A program made the translations under genes and the position numbers. Below are positions 1-9,754 of a DNA stretch of 64,000 nucleotides, piece by piece. The notes under the pieces were generated by a model, which worked only from the letters and a program-made list of their open reading frames with translations, was not told the origin of the DNA and searched no databases. Source of the stretch: Bacteroidota bacterium (GTDB taxonomy: Bacteria > Bacteroidota > Bacteroidia > AKYH767-A > OLB10); the NCBI GenBank assembly GCA_016699635.1, contig CP064983.1:2267331-2331330 (forward strand), in the 5' to 3' direction. The first letter of the stretch is position 1; every line of letters begins with the position of its first letter.

Positions 1-121
1 CTTAACGGCTGCCGTCTTACATAAATTACAGCAGACTTTGGGGGGTATTTAATTTTTTATAATTTAATAGAAAATTATACGCAAGTTCTAATCGGCTCAG
101 GTTTTGAAATACGTTCTACTT

Positions 122-736
122 TCATTTGTTCAAAAACTTATTAATTGCTTCAGTTCTATTCTGAACATGAAGCTTTTCATAAATTTTATGAATATGCTGT
201 TTTACTGTTCCGGTACTAATGAAAAGTTGTTCTGATATTTCTTTATATAACAGTCCCTTTGCAAGTAATGTTAGAATTTCAGATTCACGTACACTTAAAA
301 TGGCATTTGTTTTTTGCCCAGGTTTAAATGAATTTATCACTTTTCGTGCTATAATTGGACTCATCGGTGAACCTCCATCGTACATCTCTTTAACTGCTTC
401 CAGAAATTGTGCAGGTGTTGTTTTTTTTAGTAGATACCCACTTGCACCTGCTTGCAACGCATCAAATATTATTGTATCATCATCATAAACGGTAAAAATT
501 AGAAACAATTGGTTACAGTTGTTTTTTATTAAATACTTAATTGCTTCTATTCCATTTATACCAGGTAGATTGATGTCCATTATCACAATTTCTGGATTTA
601 ACTCAGGAATTTTATCAATAGCATCTTCAGCATTGCCAAATGTGCCACAACATTTGAACTCACCTGAAAGATCCAAGACACTCTTAAATCCGTCTCTTAT
701 TTCATGTATGTCCTCAACAATGCATACCTTAATCAT
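122..736 (-). CDS. Two-component response regulator, NarL/LuxR family (REC receiver domain + C-terminal HTH_LuxR)
   Basis: ORF translation has the receiver-domain signature (…VIMDINLPGINGIEA…) and a C-terminal LuxR-type HTH (…LTLLAKGLLYKEISEQLFISTGTVKQHIHKIY…). It lies directly downstream of a histidine kinase on the same strand. Confidence 0.85.
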   Translation of the reverse strand: MIKVCIVEDIHEIRDGFKSVLDLSGEFKCCGTFGNAEDAIDKIPELNPEIVIMDINLPGINGIEAIKYLIKNNCNQLFLIFTVYDDDTIIFDALQAGASGYLLKKTTPAQFLEAVKEMYDGGSPMSPIIARKVINSFKPGQKTNAILSVRESEILTLLAKGLLYKEISEQLFISTGTVKQHIHKIYEKLHVQNRTEAINKFLNK

Positions 737-781
737 GTTGCAATATTAATTATTTGAGGGGTAAATTAGATATAACTTTTG

Positions 782-2701
782 TTAACTAAATTCGATTCTT
801 GTGATAGTTCCTTTAGTAATTTCTGAAGTTACAAATACAGAACAGCCTATTTGCATTGCTCTTTTTTGAATGTTAATTAAACCATTCCCGTTTTTGTAAT
901 TAATATCATCGGGAGAAAATCCGATACCATTGTCTTTGATAGTTAGGTGATGCCTTTTTTCAATATAGTCGTATATAAGAATGATTTCGTTAGATTTAGA
1001 ATGCTTAATGCTGTTGTGCAAAGTTTCTTTTATTATGAGAAATAAATTTCTTTTTTGCTCAGGACTAAGTGTATAATCAGAAATCTCTTGATTTAATTTA
1101 AAATTAAATATTTTTCCGTTTAATTCTATAATTTCCATCGTATATCGCTTTAAATAATGAATAAAGTCTGATAAACTGCTGCTTTCAGGATTCATGCTCC
1201 AGATTATTTGTCGCATTGAGTCAACAAGTTCATTTGATAACTCACTGATTCGTTTTATTTCAGTTTTTCCCTCGGTCTTTTGAAGAGCTAGTTCGCTCAG
1301 TAATCGTATGGTTGAAAGACCTGCACCTAAATCATCATGTAATTCTGAGGCTACTCTTTTTCTTTCATTATCCTGTGTGTTGATTATAGTTTGCAGTCTA
1401 TCAATTTCATAGTTTTCTTTTATTTTATTCAATTGGCTCTCTATTATTATTTTTTCCTTAAATTGTATCTTTGACATATAGCTTAATCCTAGTGTAAAAC
1501 AAATTACTTCCAATATTATACCTAATTGCATATATAACATATGGTAATTAATAAATGGATTTGCTGATGGATAATAAAATAATGATAGAATCATGGTTAC
1601 CGTAGCACCGCTTACCATAAGTAAACTCCCTGTCGCTAAAATTTTTGACAGAGGACTTTTTATTAAAAAAGCACTAAGAATTATGATTATTGCAATTGGG
1701 GCCATTGTGATTCTGAAAATGTTATAGGCTTTATTTCGAATTTCGAAGAAATGATTTTGATATAAAAAAATATCAAAAATCAAATACGTGATGATTAGGT
1801 AGATTATTACCTGTATGGTTTTGTAAAGTATTGGAGAAATGTTTTTATAATCTACGAAACTTATTGCGAAAAAAAAATAAAACAGATAAGATAAAGTTTG
1901 CCAGGTAATATCTCGAAAGGGTTCTAATTGAAAAGAGTAGTAGGAGGTAACAGAATTGTCGTGATGACGTATAAAAAAGTATAAAAAAGTAAAAAGTAAA
2001 TAAAGGAAATAGTATATGAAAACTTTTTTGTGATTAAGTGTAAAATAGACAATGGAAAACAACATCATACAAATTAAGACGCCTAATAAAACATTTAATG
2101 GTAAATGATAATATTTGTAAGTGAGTTTATCGCCTTGCATTAATTTAAAAAGAACATCTTCGGTTTTGGAGGAGCTTTCTGTGTTTATAAATAACAAAAG
2201 TTTGTTAAATGGCTTGTAGTGTCCAGATATATTTATCCATAGCTTATATGAAGAATTAGGCATAAAGGTTAATGGAAAGATAAAGGAATTGCTTTTTGTT
2301 ACTACGTTTTTCAGATAATAATATTCTAGATCCCCTAACGATTCATTAAATAGGTAGATTGATGATGAAGGGAAGGCTCCTATATAAAAGTATCTGGTAG
2401 TTTTATGTGCTGAATTATTCTTCCATTCTGAATATATCCAGATGCCTTTTATAGATTTATCCTTAATAGTATAAGGTATATTAATCTTTACATCGGATTG
2501 TAATTTTGGAAAGAAATTCTGATCAGCAACTTGATTGAAGTGTAGTGTTAAACTTGAATCATAGAATAAGCTGCAACGAAAATAGGGTTCTTTCAAGTCA
2601 TCAGATATCAGGTTTGACTCACCTACATTAGACTTAGTATATCCGTTACGGCTTAATATCAGACAAGTAAATATGAAGAAACAAATATGAGTGATTCGCA
2701 T
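782..2701 (-). CDS. Sensor histidine kinase with a 7TMR-DISM-type periplasmic domain, a 7-TM region and a HisKA_3 + HATPase_c core
   Basis: Signal peptide, ~200-aa extracytoplasmic domain, multiple hydrophobic TM helices, coiled-coil linker. The HisKA_3-type H-box (…RKRVASELHDDLGAGLST…) and C-terminal ATPase motifs (…DNGIGF…GNGL…) are present. Paired with the LuxR regulator. Confidence 0.8.
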   Translation of the reverse strand: MRITHICFFIFTCLILSRNGYTKSNVGESNLISDDLKEPYFRCSLFYDSSLTLHFNQVADQNFFPKLQSDVKINIPYTIKDKSIKGIWIYSEWKNNSAHKTTRYFYIGAFPSSSIYLFNESLGDLEYYYLKNVVTKSNSFIFPLTFMPNSSYKLWINISGHYKPFNKLLLFINTESSSKTEDVLFKLMQGDKLTYKYYHLPLNVLLGVLICMMLFSIVYFTLNHKKVFIYYFLYLLFTFLYFFIRHHDNSVTSYYSFQLEPFRDITWQTLSYLFYFFFAISFVDYKNISPILYKTIQVIIYLIITYLIFDIFLYQNHFFEIRNKAYNIFRITMAPIAIIIILSAFLIKSPLSKILATGSLLMVSGATVTMILSLFYYPSANPFINYHMLYMQLGIILEVICFTLGLSYMSKIQFKEKIIIESQLNKIKENYEIDRLQTIINTQDNERKRVASELHDDLGAGLSTIRLLSELALQKTEGKTEIKRISELSNELVDSMRQIIWSMNPESSSLSDFIHYLKRYTMEIIELNGKIFNFKLNQEISDYTLSPEQKRNLFLIIKETLHNSIKHSKSNEIILIYDYIEKRHHLTIKDNGIGFSPDDINYKNGNGLINIQKRAMQIGCSVFVTSEITKGTITRIEFS

Positions 2702-2776
2702 TTTTGTAATGCGAATGTAATTGAAAAAATAACAGGTAATGATTTCTCATTACCTGTTTCATTGAGTTAATTTTAA

Positions 2777-3937
2777 TTAATTACTTGGAAACACGACTGT
2801 GTTGCCCCCTCCATGACTGTAAGTTTTAATATTGTCATTTGAACTGTCTGTACACTCTGTTATTGTATTGCCTGAGTCCACTTTTACAATATAATTATTT
2901 TCTGTTATGTTCAGATTTCCATGAACAGCGTCAAATGTACGTACAGCGCAGGCTTTATTCTGCTGTTCAAATAAGTAAACCGTTCTTGTTCCTCTGTTGG
3001 TAAAGGGAGGCCCCATTTGGGTGGAATTTGCGGTCATGGAAGATATATTAAATGTTGCCAGTATTGTGTTTTCACCTGATCGTGTCAACTGATTTGTAAA
3101 GGAATTCTGTATAGGGCGGTTATTTGTTTCGCTCACACCCCAGTTTATAGGTGGGAGAGATATTGTTTTTTGACGCATAGGTCCAATGCTTGGGTCGTTT
3201 CCTGTTATCGGTTCTATGATAACCCCAGATGTGTTAAAAAAAGATTTACACCATTCTCCTGAAATTTGTTGGTATGTGTGACCGGCTGCGTCAGCCCAAC
3301 TTCCTCCGATAATTTTAAATAATATTATTTCATTCATATTTTCCGGTGCTGGCTTTAAGTCAGGATTGATACAAGCGGATGGTAAATTTACTATATGTTG
3401 AGGTGTAATAAAATTTAGAATAGGACTCCATGTCATTGGGTCCATGTCTGTAGGGTGGTCAATTAATTTGCCATATCTGTAATATACTCTTTGTCCTGCA
3501 ATAAACTTGTTGTTAGGAAAGGTGACACTTACTTTTTTTTCATTTTGATTAGATGTCGATGTTATAGTTGCTTTAAAGTTGGGTTTTTTTAAAACTGCGG
3601 CAAGCTGGCTTGATGCTAAATTTGGCAAACTAGAAAGATCGGACTGTGTAGTAGAGTAAAAAACATACATCTTAATGGCATTAGTACATATGGATGAAAT
3701 ACTAGCAGGTGGAGTTTTGAATACTTTAGTAGTACAGCTAACAATTAAGGACGGATTTAATGGGAAATCATCAGGGTCAACAGTGTTAATTGCAACAGGT
3801 GCTGCCATTAATGCTAAAATTCCAGATGCAGAACTACAGTCTATTTGGGCGGATGTAGTATGATTCATTAGCAGTATAAAAGCCATTACAGAGGTAAACA
3901 ACTTTACTGAGAAATGTTTTTTTCTTATTTGTTTCAT
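2777..3937 (-). CDS. Hypothetical secreted protein (N-terminal signal peptide), function unknown
   Basis: 386-aa ORF with a cleavable-looking signal peptide (…VMAFILLMNHTTSAQ). No recognisable catalytic motif. Same strand and tightly spaced with the HK/RR genes. Confidence 0.5.
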   Translation of the reverse strand: MKQIRKKHFSVKLFTSVMAFILLMNHTTSAQIDCSSASGILALMAAPVAINTVDPDDFPLNPSLIVSCTTKVFKTPPASISSICTNAIKMYVFYSTTQSDLSSLPNLASSQLAAVLKKPNFKATITSTSNQNEKKVSVTFPNNKFIAGQRVYYRYGKLIDHPTDMDPMTWSPILNFITPQHIVNLPSACINPDLKPAPENMNEIILFKIIGGSWADAAGHTYQQISGEWCKSFFNTSGVIIEPITGNDPSIGPMRQKTISLPPINWGVSETNNRPIQNSFTNQLTRSGENTILATFNISSMTANSTQMGPPFTNRGTRTVYLFEQQNKACAVRTFDAVHGNLNITENNYIVKVDSGNTITECTDSSNDNIKTYSHGGGNTVVFPSN

Positions 3938-4027
3938 CTTAATATGTTTTAATTTGATTGTTATGAACTATTGCAAATGTTCAGCCCTTTTTTAAATAGT
4001 GCTATAGAACTTAAGTTAGTTTTTATA

Positions 4028-5257
4028 TCATCGCATCAGACATGATATTCCTGCAATTGGTTGAAATGTTTTTCTTTTCCAGTTTTTCTCATATTCCATA
4101 CGCATCCCGAAGTTTAGTAGTAAATTTTTACTGATTCGCCATTCACCGCCAAAAGAAATTGTAAATGGTGAAAGGGCTGTCCATTTTAATGTGCCTTCAA
4201 TGATTTCAAAGTTGCCTTCACCGACAAAATCACTTTTATTGAAGGCGTCTTTTACGGTTTTTAATTGCCGTTTCTCCAATAAAAGTTCTGAGAAAAAATT
4301 GATAGATGGTGTACCATACCTAAAATTTATTCCATAGGAGTAAATTTTATTGCTTACTAATGAAGTTGCTGTAATTTCATTCCCTGTGTCTAAATCCTTG
4401 ATTAAGAAATTTAATTGTTCATCATAAAATGATACTCTGAATAGGCCTGTAATAAGTATTTTGCTCCCTATTCCATATCCGGCATTAGTCCACATTGCCC
4501 ATCCTGATTGTCGGTTTATTCGTACAGATTTTAATGTGCCAGCACTATCAGTTGAATAAGTCCATATTTTCCCAGCCGCAACATCTACAAACGAACTATT
4601 CCAATTTTCAGCATTAAATTCTGTTGCTCGCGAAGTAATTTCGTTTTTTCTGGATTGATTTAATAATGCAGCTTCGTTTTCCAGAAGTGAAATTTGCATT
4701 TTTAGGTCAGATCGTTTGCCAATATCTGTGGTTGTATCAATTGTACTTTTTAATAGTATCATCCTTTGCTGCCAATCTTCAAACTGAGTATTATATTTTT
4801 GCTCAATGTCTTTATAATAAACCTCACTTCTTAAGGCATCATATTTCCGGTATAGATTAAACTTTATAGCTCCTCCAATTCGTCTATCATTATTTTCTGC
4901 CTGTACGGTTCCTGCAGAAATATCTGTTGATGCTAGGGTTCGCATCACATAACTAGCCGAACGATATTTACTTAAATCTCTGCGGTTATAAATAATTTCC
5001 CATACTGGCTGACCTTGTACTGCAATGTTCGGATTTAACTTCCAGGATTTGAATGACCAATCTACTTTTAAATCTTTTACGTCTGAAGTTTTTGAAATTT
5101 GTGAGGAGCTTACTCCCATCATGTCGAAAATGGATGATGATGCCACGTTGATTTCACGGGGTGTGATTTTAGCAGGTGACTCTGTTTGGATTATTTGTGA
5201 ATGAGCAAAGTTGTTTAAACAAAATAGAATTGATAAGAAAGAATAGAATTTACGCAT
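4028..5257 (-). CDS. Hypothetical secreted/outer-membrane protein with a central coiled-coil segment, function unknown
   Basis: 409-aa ORF. N-terminal signal peptide (MRKFYSFLSILFCLNNFAHSQ). Beta-rich C-terminal portion ending in aromatic residues. First gene of the putative 5257..122 operon. Confidence 0.45.
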   Translation of the reverse strand: MRKFYSFLSILFCLNNFAHSQIIQTESPAKITPREINVASSSIFDMMGVSSSQISKTSDVKDLKVDWSFKSWKLNPNIAVQGQPVWEIIYNRRDLSKYRSASYVMRTLASTDISAGTVQAENNDRRIGGAIKFNLYRKYDALRSEVYYKDIEQKYNTQFEDWQQRMILLKSTIDTTTDIGKRSDLKMQISLLENEAALLNQSRKNEITSRATEFNAENWNSSFVDVAAGKIWTYSTDSAGTLKSVRINRQSGWAMWTNAGYGIGSKILITGLFRVSFYDEQLNFLIKDLDTGNEITATSLVSNKIYSYGINFRYGTPSINFFSELLLEKRQLKTVKDAFNKSDFVGEGNFEIIEGTLKWTALSPFTISFGGEWRISKNLLLNFGMRMEYEKNWKRKTFQPIAGISCLMR

Positions 5258-6040
5258 AACTAATCAGATTAAATTATTGACAGTAAATGAGTAAAATTCG
5301 CACAGTAAGTTCTAATGTACAATATAACTTAGGTTAGTTTGTTTTCGGGTAATCTCTACTCACATACCAAAAATAGTTCATCGTGTGACATATAGTTTTT
5401 CAACTACACTTTGAGGAATACTTTTTTACGTTAAGTTGTTGAACGAATTATCTCTTGGTAGTCTTAGTGTGAAAATAGCAGAGTTTAACTATCTTAAAGT
5501 AGCTTTGATTTATAGTAATAAGACAAATTTTTCTGTACCAATGTTTTTCAACTTCTTGCCGATTTGAGATTTTGATTCTTGATAATTTTTGCAGTAAAAC
5601 TCTGACATAAATATTGTTCTTTTATTGGTACTCATCAGCTGAATGTAAGCATAGAATTGTTATTCAGCAGGTGGAGGATCTGTCTTGCATCCCCATGTAT
5701 TTCTGTGATTAGAAATGTTTTGTCATGACCACATCACCAAAGTTTCTTGTCTTGATTTTATCTTGTTCTATAGAAATTTTGATAGCCTTTGTTCTTAGTT
5801 CACCCTAGACAAACCAGATTTGAAAAATAGCACTTTAGGCATATTAGTTGAGATAATTATTATTGTGTTTATAGATTAATAATGTAATTCTGTCATGAAT
5901 TGTCATTCGAAATTACAAAATCAGAAAACGTTTATTTATATCTTATTCAAATTTATTTTTGTAGGGTTTATTGTCCTTTTTAGTAATTCAGGTTTAGTAA
6001 AAATAAGCTAGTGCATAAATAGGGTGGCTCTATAAAAATG

Positions 6041-6124
6041 TGCCCGAGAGGAGACTCGAACTCCTACAGGTTTTACCCCACAGGCTTCTGAGACCTGCGT
6101 GTCTACCAATTTCACCACCCGGGC
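6041..6124 (-). tRNA. tRNA-Leu (anticodon CAG), class II tRNA with long variable arm
   Basis: Reverse complement reads GCCCGGGTGGTGAAATTGGTAGACAC…CAGGT-CTCAGAA-GCCTG…GGAGTTCGAGTCTCCTCTCGGGCA. 7-bp acceptor stem, anticodon loop CU-CAG-AA, T-loop GTTCGAGTC. Confidence 0.8.
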
Positions 6125-6151
6125 AAATATTTTTTCAGCAATTAGTTTAAG

Positions 6152-6233
6152 TGCCCGGGACGAGATTCGAACTCGTACACCTATTGGCGCCACCCCCTCA
6201 AGATGGTGCGTCTACCAATTTCGCCACCCGGGC
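6152..6233 (-). tRNA. tRNA-Leu (anticodon GAG), class II tRNA
   Basis: Reverse complement reads GCCCGGGTGGCGAAATTGGTAGACGCA-CCATC-TTGAGGG-GGTGG…CGAGTTCGAATCTCGTCCCGGGCA. Anticodon loop UU-GAG-GG. Tandem with the preceding tRNA-Leu. Confidence 0.75.
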
Positions 6234-6335
6234 ATTATGGGCTGCAAAAGTAATAAATTTAACTTCTGTAATTTTAATCCCGCTGAATATTCCAATACAC
6301 TATTGCATAGCAATGCTGCTTTCTGCACTTGAAAT

Positions 6336-7463
6336 GTGTTCTTTATCTTTGCACTAATGTTTAATAAGTTTCATAACTCACTGAACACTCTTGCCGACCC
6401 ATTGTGGATTGCAGGTCCATGCAGTGCCGAAGATGAGGAGCATCTGACTGAATTAGCTATCAGGCTAAAGATTAGCGGTGCACATATTTTGCGTGCCGGT
6501 GCTTGGAAACCTCGCACCCGACCCGGTGCCTTTGAAGGCTTTGGCGCTCCTGCATTGAAATGGATCAGAGCAGCAGGAGATGTTTCCGGCCTACCGGTTA
6601 TTACCGAAGTGGCAAGCGCCAAACATGTGGAGCAGGCACTTGCTGCCGGCATTGATATGTTTTGGATTGGCGCACGTACAACTGTAAATCCATTTTTAAT
6701 TCAGGAAATTGCTGATGCTTTAAAAGGTGTAGATATTCCTGTGTTTGTAAAGAATCCCGTCAACCCTGATGTAAAATTGTGGATGGGTGCCATCGAACGT
6801 TTTATGCAAAATGGAATTAGTAGAATTGCTTCTATTCATCGTGGTTTTTCTAGTTTCGAAAACAGTACATATAGAAATAAGCCCAATTGGGAATTAGCCA
6901 TTGAACTCAGACGCTTGTTGCCCAACGTTCCCATTATTTGCGACCCAAGTCATATTAGCGGTGATGCTAATATGGTGCCAACACTGACACAAATTGCATT
7001 CGATTTACAGTATGATGGTGTGATGGTAGAAGTGCATTTAAATCCTGTAAAGGCATTGAGTGATGCAATGCAGCAAATCACACCTGAAGATTTTAGTCGT
7101 TTAAGAAAGCAGATTATTGTAAGACAACCTACGGCAAAGGATCCTGTTGAACTAAGTAAGCTGCACGATTTACGCGATCTGATTGATGAATTGGATAGTG
7201 AAATCATTGAAAAGATAGCGGGTAGAATGGAAGTGGCACGAAAAATAGGGCAGTATAAGGATCAGAATAATATGGCTATTCTGCAGTTAGATCGTTTTAA
7301 GGAAATTCTCAGAACAAGAACTGAAACAGGGTTACGAAACCAACTCACACCAGATTTTATTTTAAGATTATATAGCCTGATACATGAAGAGTCAATTGCG
7401 CAACAGGATAAGCAGATGACAAAACCGGAACTCAGAGCCTCATCAAAAGCAGAAAAACATTAG
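6336..7463 (+). CDS. Bifunctional 3-deoxy-7-phosphoheptulonate (DAHP) synthase / chorismate mutase (AroQ-type CM fused at the C-terminus)
   Basis: N-terminal ~260 aa match the KDO8P-like (class I-beta) DAHP synthase fold (…LWIAGPCSAEDEEH…ILRAGAWKPRTRPGAFEGFG…). The C-terminal ~90 aa are an AroQ chorismate mutase helix bundle (…IEKIAGRMEVARKIGQYK…). The likely true start is the ATG at 6357, since the ORF opens on GTG. Confidence 0.85.
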   Translation: MFFIFALMFNKFHNSLNTLADPLWIAGPCSAEDEEHLTELAIRLKISGAHILRAGAWKPRTRPGAFEGFGAPALKWIRAAGDVSGLPVITEVASAKHVEQALAAGIDMFWIGARTTVNPFLIQEIADALKGVDIPVFVKNPVNPDVKLWMGAIERFMQNGISRIASIHRGFSSFENSTYRNKPNWELAIELRRLLPNVPIICDPSHISGDANMVPTLTQIAFDLQYDGVMVEVHLNPVKALSDAMQQITPEDFSRLRKQIIVRQPTAKDPVELSKLHDLRDLIDELDSEIIEKIAGRMEVARKIGQYKDQNNMAILQLDRFKEILRTRTETGLRNQLTPDFILRLYSLIHEESIAQQDKQMTKPELRASSKAEKH

Positions 7464-7467
7464 ATGG

Positions 7468-8538
7468 GTGATTAATTTTGCTGATAGTAGTTACGTCCTG
7501 ACCCAAGGTAGAAAACAGGAGTTGATTGATTTTTTACAGGATTGTAATAATCAAAAGAGAAAAATATATGTGCTTTGTGATACGAATACTCAACAGCACT
7601 GTTTGCATTTGTTGCAGACATTGTTTCCGCAAACAAAATCTGCTTCTTTATATTGCATACAACAAGGAGAATCTTTTAAAACAATTGAAACGGTAACGGG
7701 ATTCTGGAAGTTTCTTTTACAACAACAGGCTGATAAGCATACTGTGATTATAAATCTGGGTGGAGGTGTAATTACGGATTTAGGAGGCTTTGCGGCTTCT
7801 CTGTTTAAAAGAGGAGTTGATTTTATTCATGTTCCTACAACCTTGCTGGCAATGGTTGATGCTGCTATTGGAGGTAAGAATGGTGTAAATATTGATGGCT
7901 ATAAAAATCAAAGTGGGAGTATTGTTTTGCCAAGATATGTTTATGTAGATACAGATTTTTTAGAGTCGCTTTCACAAGATGAAAAAGTCAATGGCTATGC
8001 AGAAATGATAAAACATGCACTTGTTGCCGATCAAGAATTTTATAAAGTACTTTCAGAGCAATGCAGTTTTGAAAAGTTACAAAGCATTGGAAAGGCTATT
8101 GCAATAAAACTAAGTATTGTTGCAATAGATCCATTTGAAAAGAAGGAACGTAAGTTGCTCAACTTTGGCCACACTATAGCTCATGCAATAGAGTCGTTAT
8201 ATTATTCGCAACAACAAGATATTTCACATGGTAAGGCAGTTGCTGCCGGGATAATTGTTGAATCTTACATCTCTAACAAAATGGGCTTTATTTCAGATGC
8301 TGAGCTAAAGCAAATCACTGACTTTATTCAATCACTGTTTAAGTTTGATGAAAAAGATATTGTTGTAGAAAAATTGTTGCCATTTATGATGGCTGATAAG
8401 AAAAACAAACAAGGGCAAATACGTTTCACATTGCTTGAGTCTATTGGTAAAGGTATTGTTGATATCGCTGTTCAGATTGCAATGATTGAAGAGGCATTGG
8501 TTTGGTTTTCTAAAAAGGATTCAGGTTATGGCGTATAG
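7468..8538 (+). CDS. aroB: 3-dehydroquinate synthase
   Basis: Conserved AroB motifs (…GGGVITDLGGFAASLFKRGVDFIHVPTTLLAMVDAAIGGKNGVN…). Immediately follows the DAHP synthase. Confidence 0.9.
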   Translation: MINFADSSYVLTQGRKQELIDFLQDCNNQKRKIYVLCDTNTQQHCLHLLQTLFPQTKSASLYCIQQGESFKTIETVTGFWKFLLQQQADKHTVIINLGGGVITDLGGFAASLFKRGVDFIHVPTTLLAMVDAAIGGKNGVNIDGYKNQSGSIVLPRYVYVDTDFLESLSQDEKVNGYAEMIKHALVADQEFYKVLSEQCSFEKLQSIGKAIAIKLSIVAIDPFEKKERKLLNFGHTIAHAIESLYYSQQQDISHGKAVAAGIIVESYISNKMGFISDAELKQITDFIQSLFKFDEKDIVVEKLLPFMMADKKNKQGQIRFTLLESIGKGIVDIAVQIAMIEEALVWFSKKDSGYGV

Positions 8539-9754
8539 AATTTCAAAAACTGACAGAAGTGTTGTAGGAGAAATTGTTGTTCCTGTTTCAAAGAGTGAAG
8601 CAGGGCGAGTTGCTATCATTAATGCTCTTAGAGGAATTAAACAGAATAGTGATTGTCATGCATCAGATACAGTTAAGTTGCAAGAACTGCTTTTTTCAGA
8701 AGAACAGATATTAGATGCAGCAGATGGCGGAACTACAGCCCGGTTTCTTATGGCTTACTGTGTTGTTAAGAATAAAACCGCTGTAATTACAGGAAGTCCT
8801 CGACTTCGGCAACGCCCAATGAGTGATTCTGTTGATTTGCTCAGGCAGATAGGAGCAGAGATTTCTTATTTAGAAGAAGAAGGTTTTCTTCCGATCAGAG
8901 TTCGGGCGGCAAAACTGAACTTTCCTGAAGTAGTTCAGACATCAGCAGAGAAGTCTTCTCAGCACATCAGTGCCTTGATGATGATTGCTCCTTTGTTTGG
9001 TAAAGATTTTACTATTGAACTGAATGGCATTTCAAGTTCATTGCCATATATTGAACTTACTGCGTATTTGATGCATCAGGCAGGCGTAAATGTGCTGATA
9101 ACAGAGAATCGAATTCAGATAAATGGAAGATATAACAATAGCATACTTTCTGCCGGTGGTGACTGGAGCGCTGCCTCATATTTTTTTGAAACTGTTGCAT
9201 TGGCTGATGATGCAGACATTACAATTAAAAATCTGAATATTCAGAGTAAGCAAGGTGATAAAATTATTGTCGAAATGATAAAGCCATTTGGCGTAGATAC
9301 TTATGTTGAGAAGGATAAAATTATTCTAAGGAAACAAAAGAAAATGGTGCCTGATTATTTTACACAGAGTTTTTTACATTTTCCCGATATTGTATTAAGT
9401 ATGGCAACTGTTTGTGGTGGACAAAATTGCAAAGCTGATTTACTACATCTACATAATTTAATTATTAAAGAATCTGACCGTGTTTCTGCCTTTCAAAGAG
9501 AGGCATATAAGTTAAACATCAAAACAGATTTCTGTGGTGGTTCAAAATTGAAAATCCTTGAAGAATCAAACCTCAAACCTTCAAAGCGTATTTTAAAAAC
9601 CTACAACGATCACCGGTTGGTAATGGCTTTTGCACCATTAGCATTAAAGACAGGTGAGCTTTTTCTAGATGATATTTCCGGTGTCTCAAAATCGTTCCCA
9701 GATTATTTTGAGCAGATGAAATCTTTAGGATTTAATATAGAAGAAGTTTTTTGA
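8528..9754 (+). CDS. aroA: 3-phosphoshikimate 1-carboxyvinyltransferase (EPSP synthase)
   Basis: EPSP-synthase fold motifs (…KSEAGRVAIINALRG…GGTTARFLMAY…LRQRPM…). The start ATG overlaps the aroB stop (ATGGCGTATAG), suggesting translational coupling. Confidence 0.9.
   Translation: MAYRISKTDRSVVGEIVVPVSKSEAGRVAIINALRGIKQNSDCHASDTVKLQELLFSEEQILDAADGGTTARFLMAYCVVKNKTAVITGSPRLRQRPMSDSVDLLRQIGAEISYLEEEGFLPIRVRAAKLNFPEVVQTSAEKSSQHISALMMIAPLFGKDFTIELNGISSSLPYIELTAYLMHQAGVNVLITENRIQINGRYNNSILSAGGDWSAASYFFETVALADDADITIKNLNIQSKQGDKIIVEMIKPFGVDTYVEKDKIILRKQKKMVPDYFTQSFLHFPDIVLSMATVCGGQNCKADLLHLHNLIIKESDRVSAFQREAYKLNIKTDFCGGSKLKILEESNLKPSKRILKTYNDHRLVMAFAPLALKTGELFLDDISGVSKSFPDYFEQMKSLGFNIEEVF

Noticed and set aside
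219-749. Plus-strand ORFs 219..488 and 519..749 inside the response-regulator gene
   Set aside because: They are antisense shadow ORFs inside a well-supported CDS and show no domain similarity.
6099-6357. Small plus-strand ORFs 6099..6332 and 6151..6357, and minus-strand ORF 6008..6193
   Set aside because: They overlap the two tRNA-Leu genes and the aro promoter region. They are products of GC-rich tRNA sequence, not genes.
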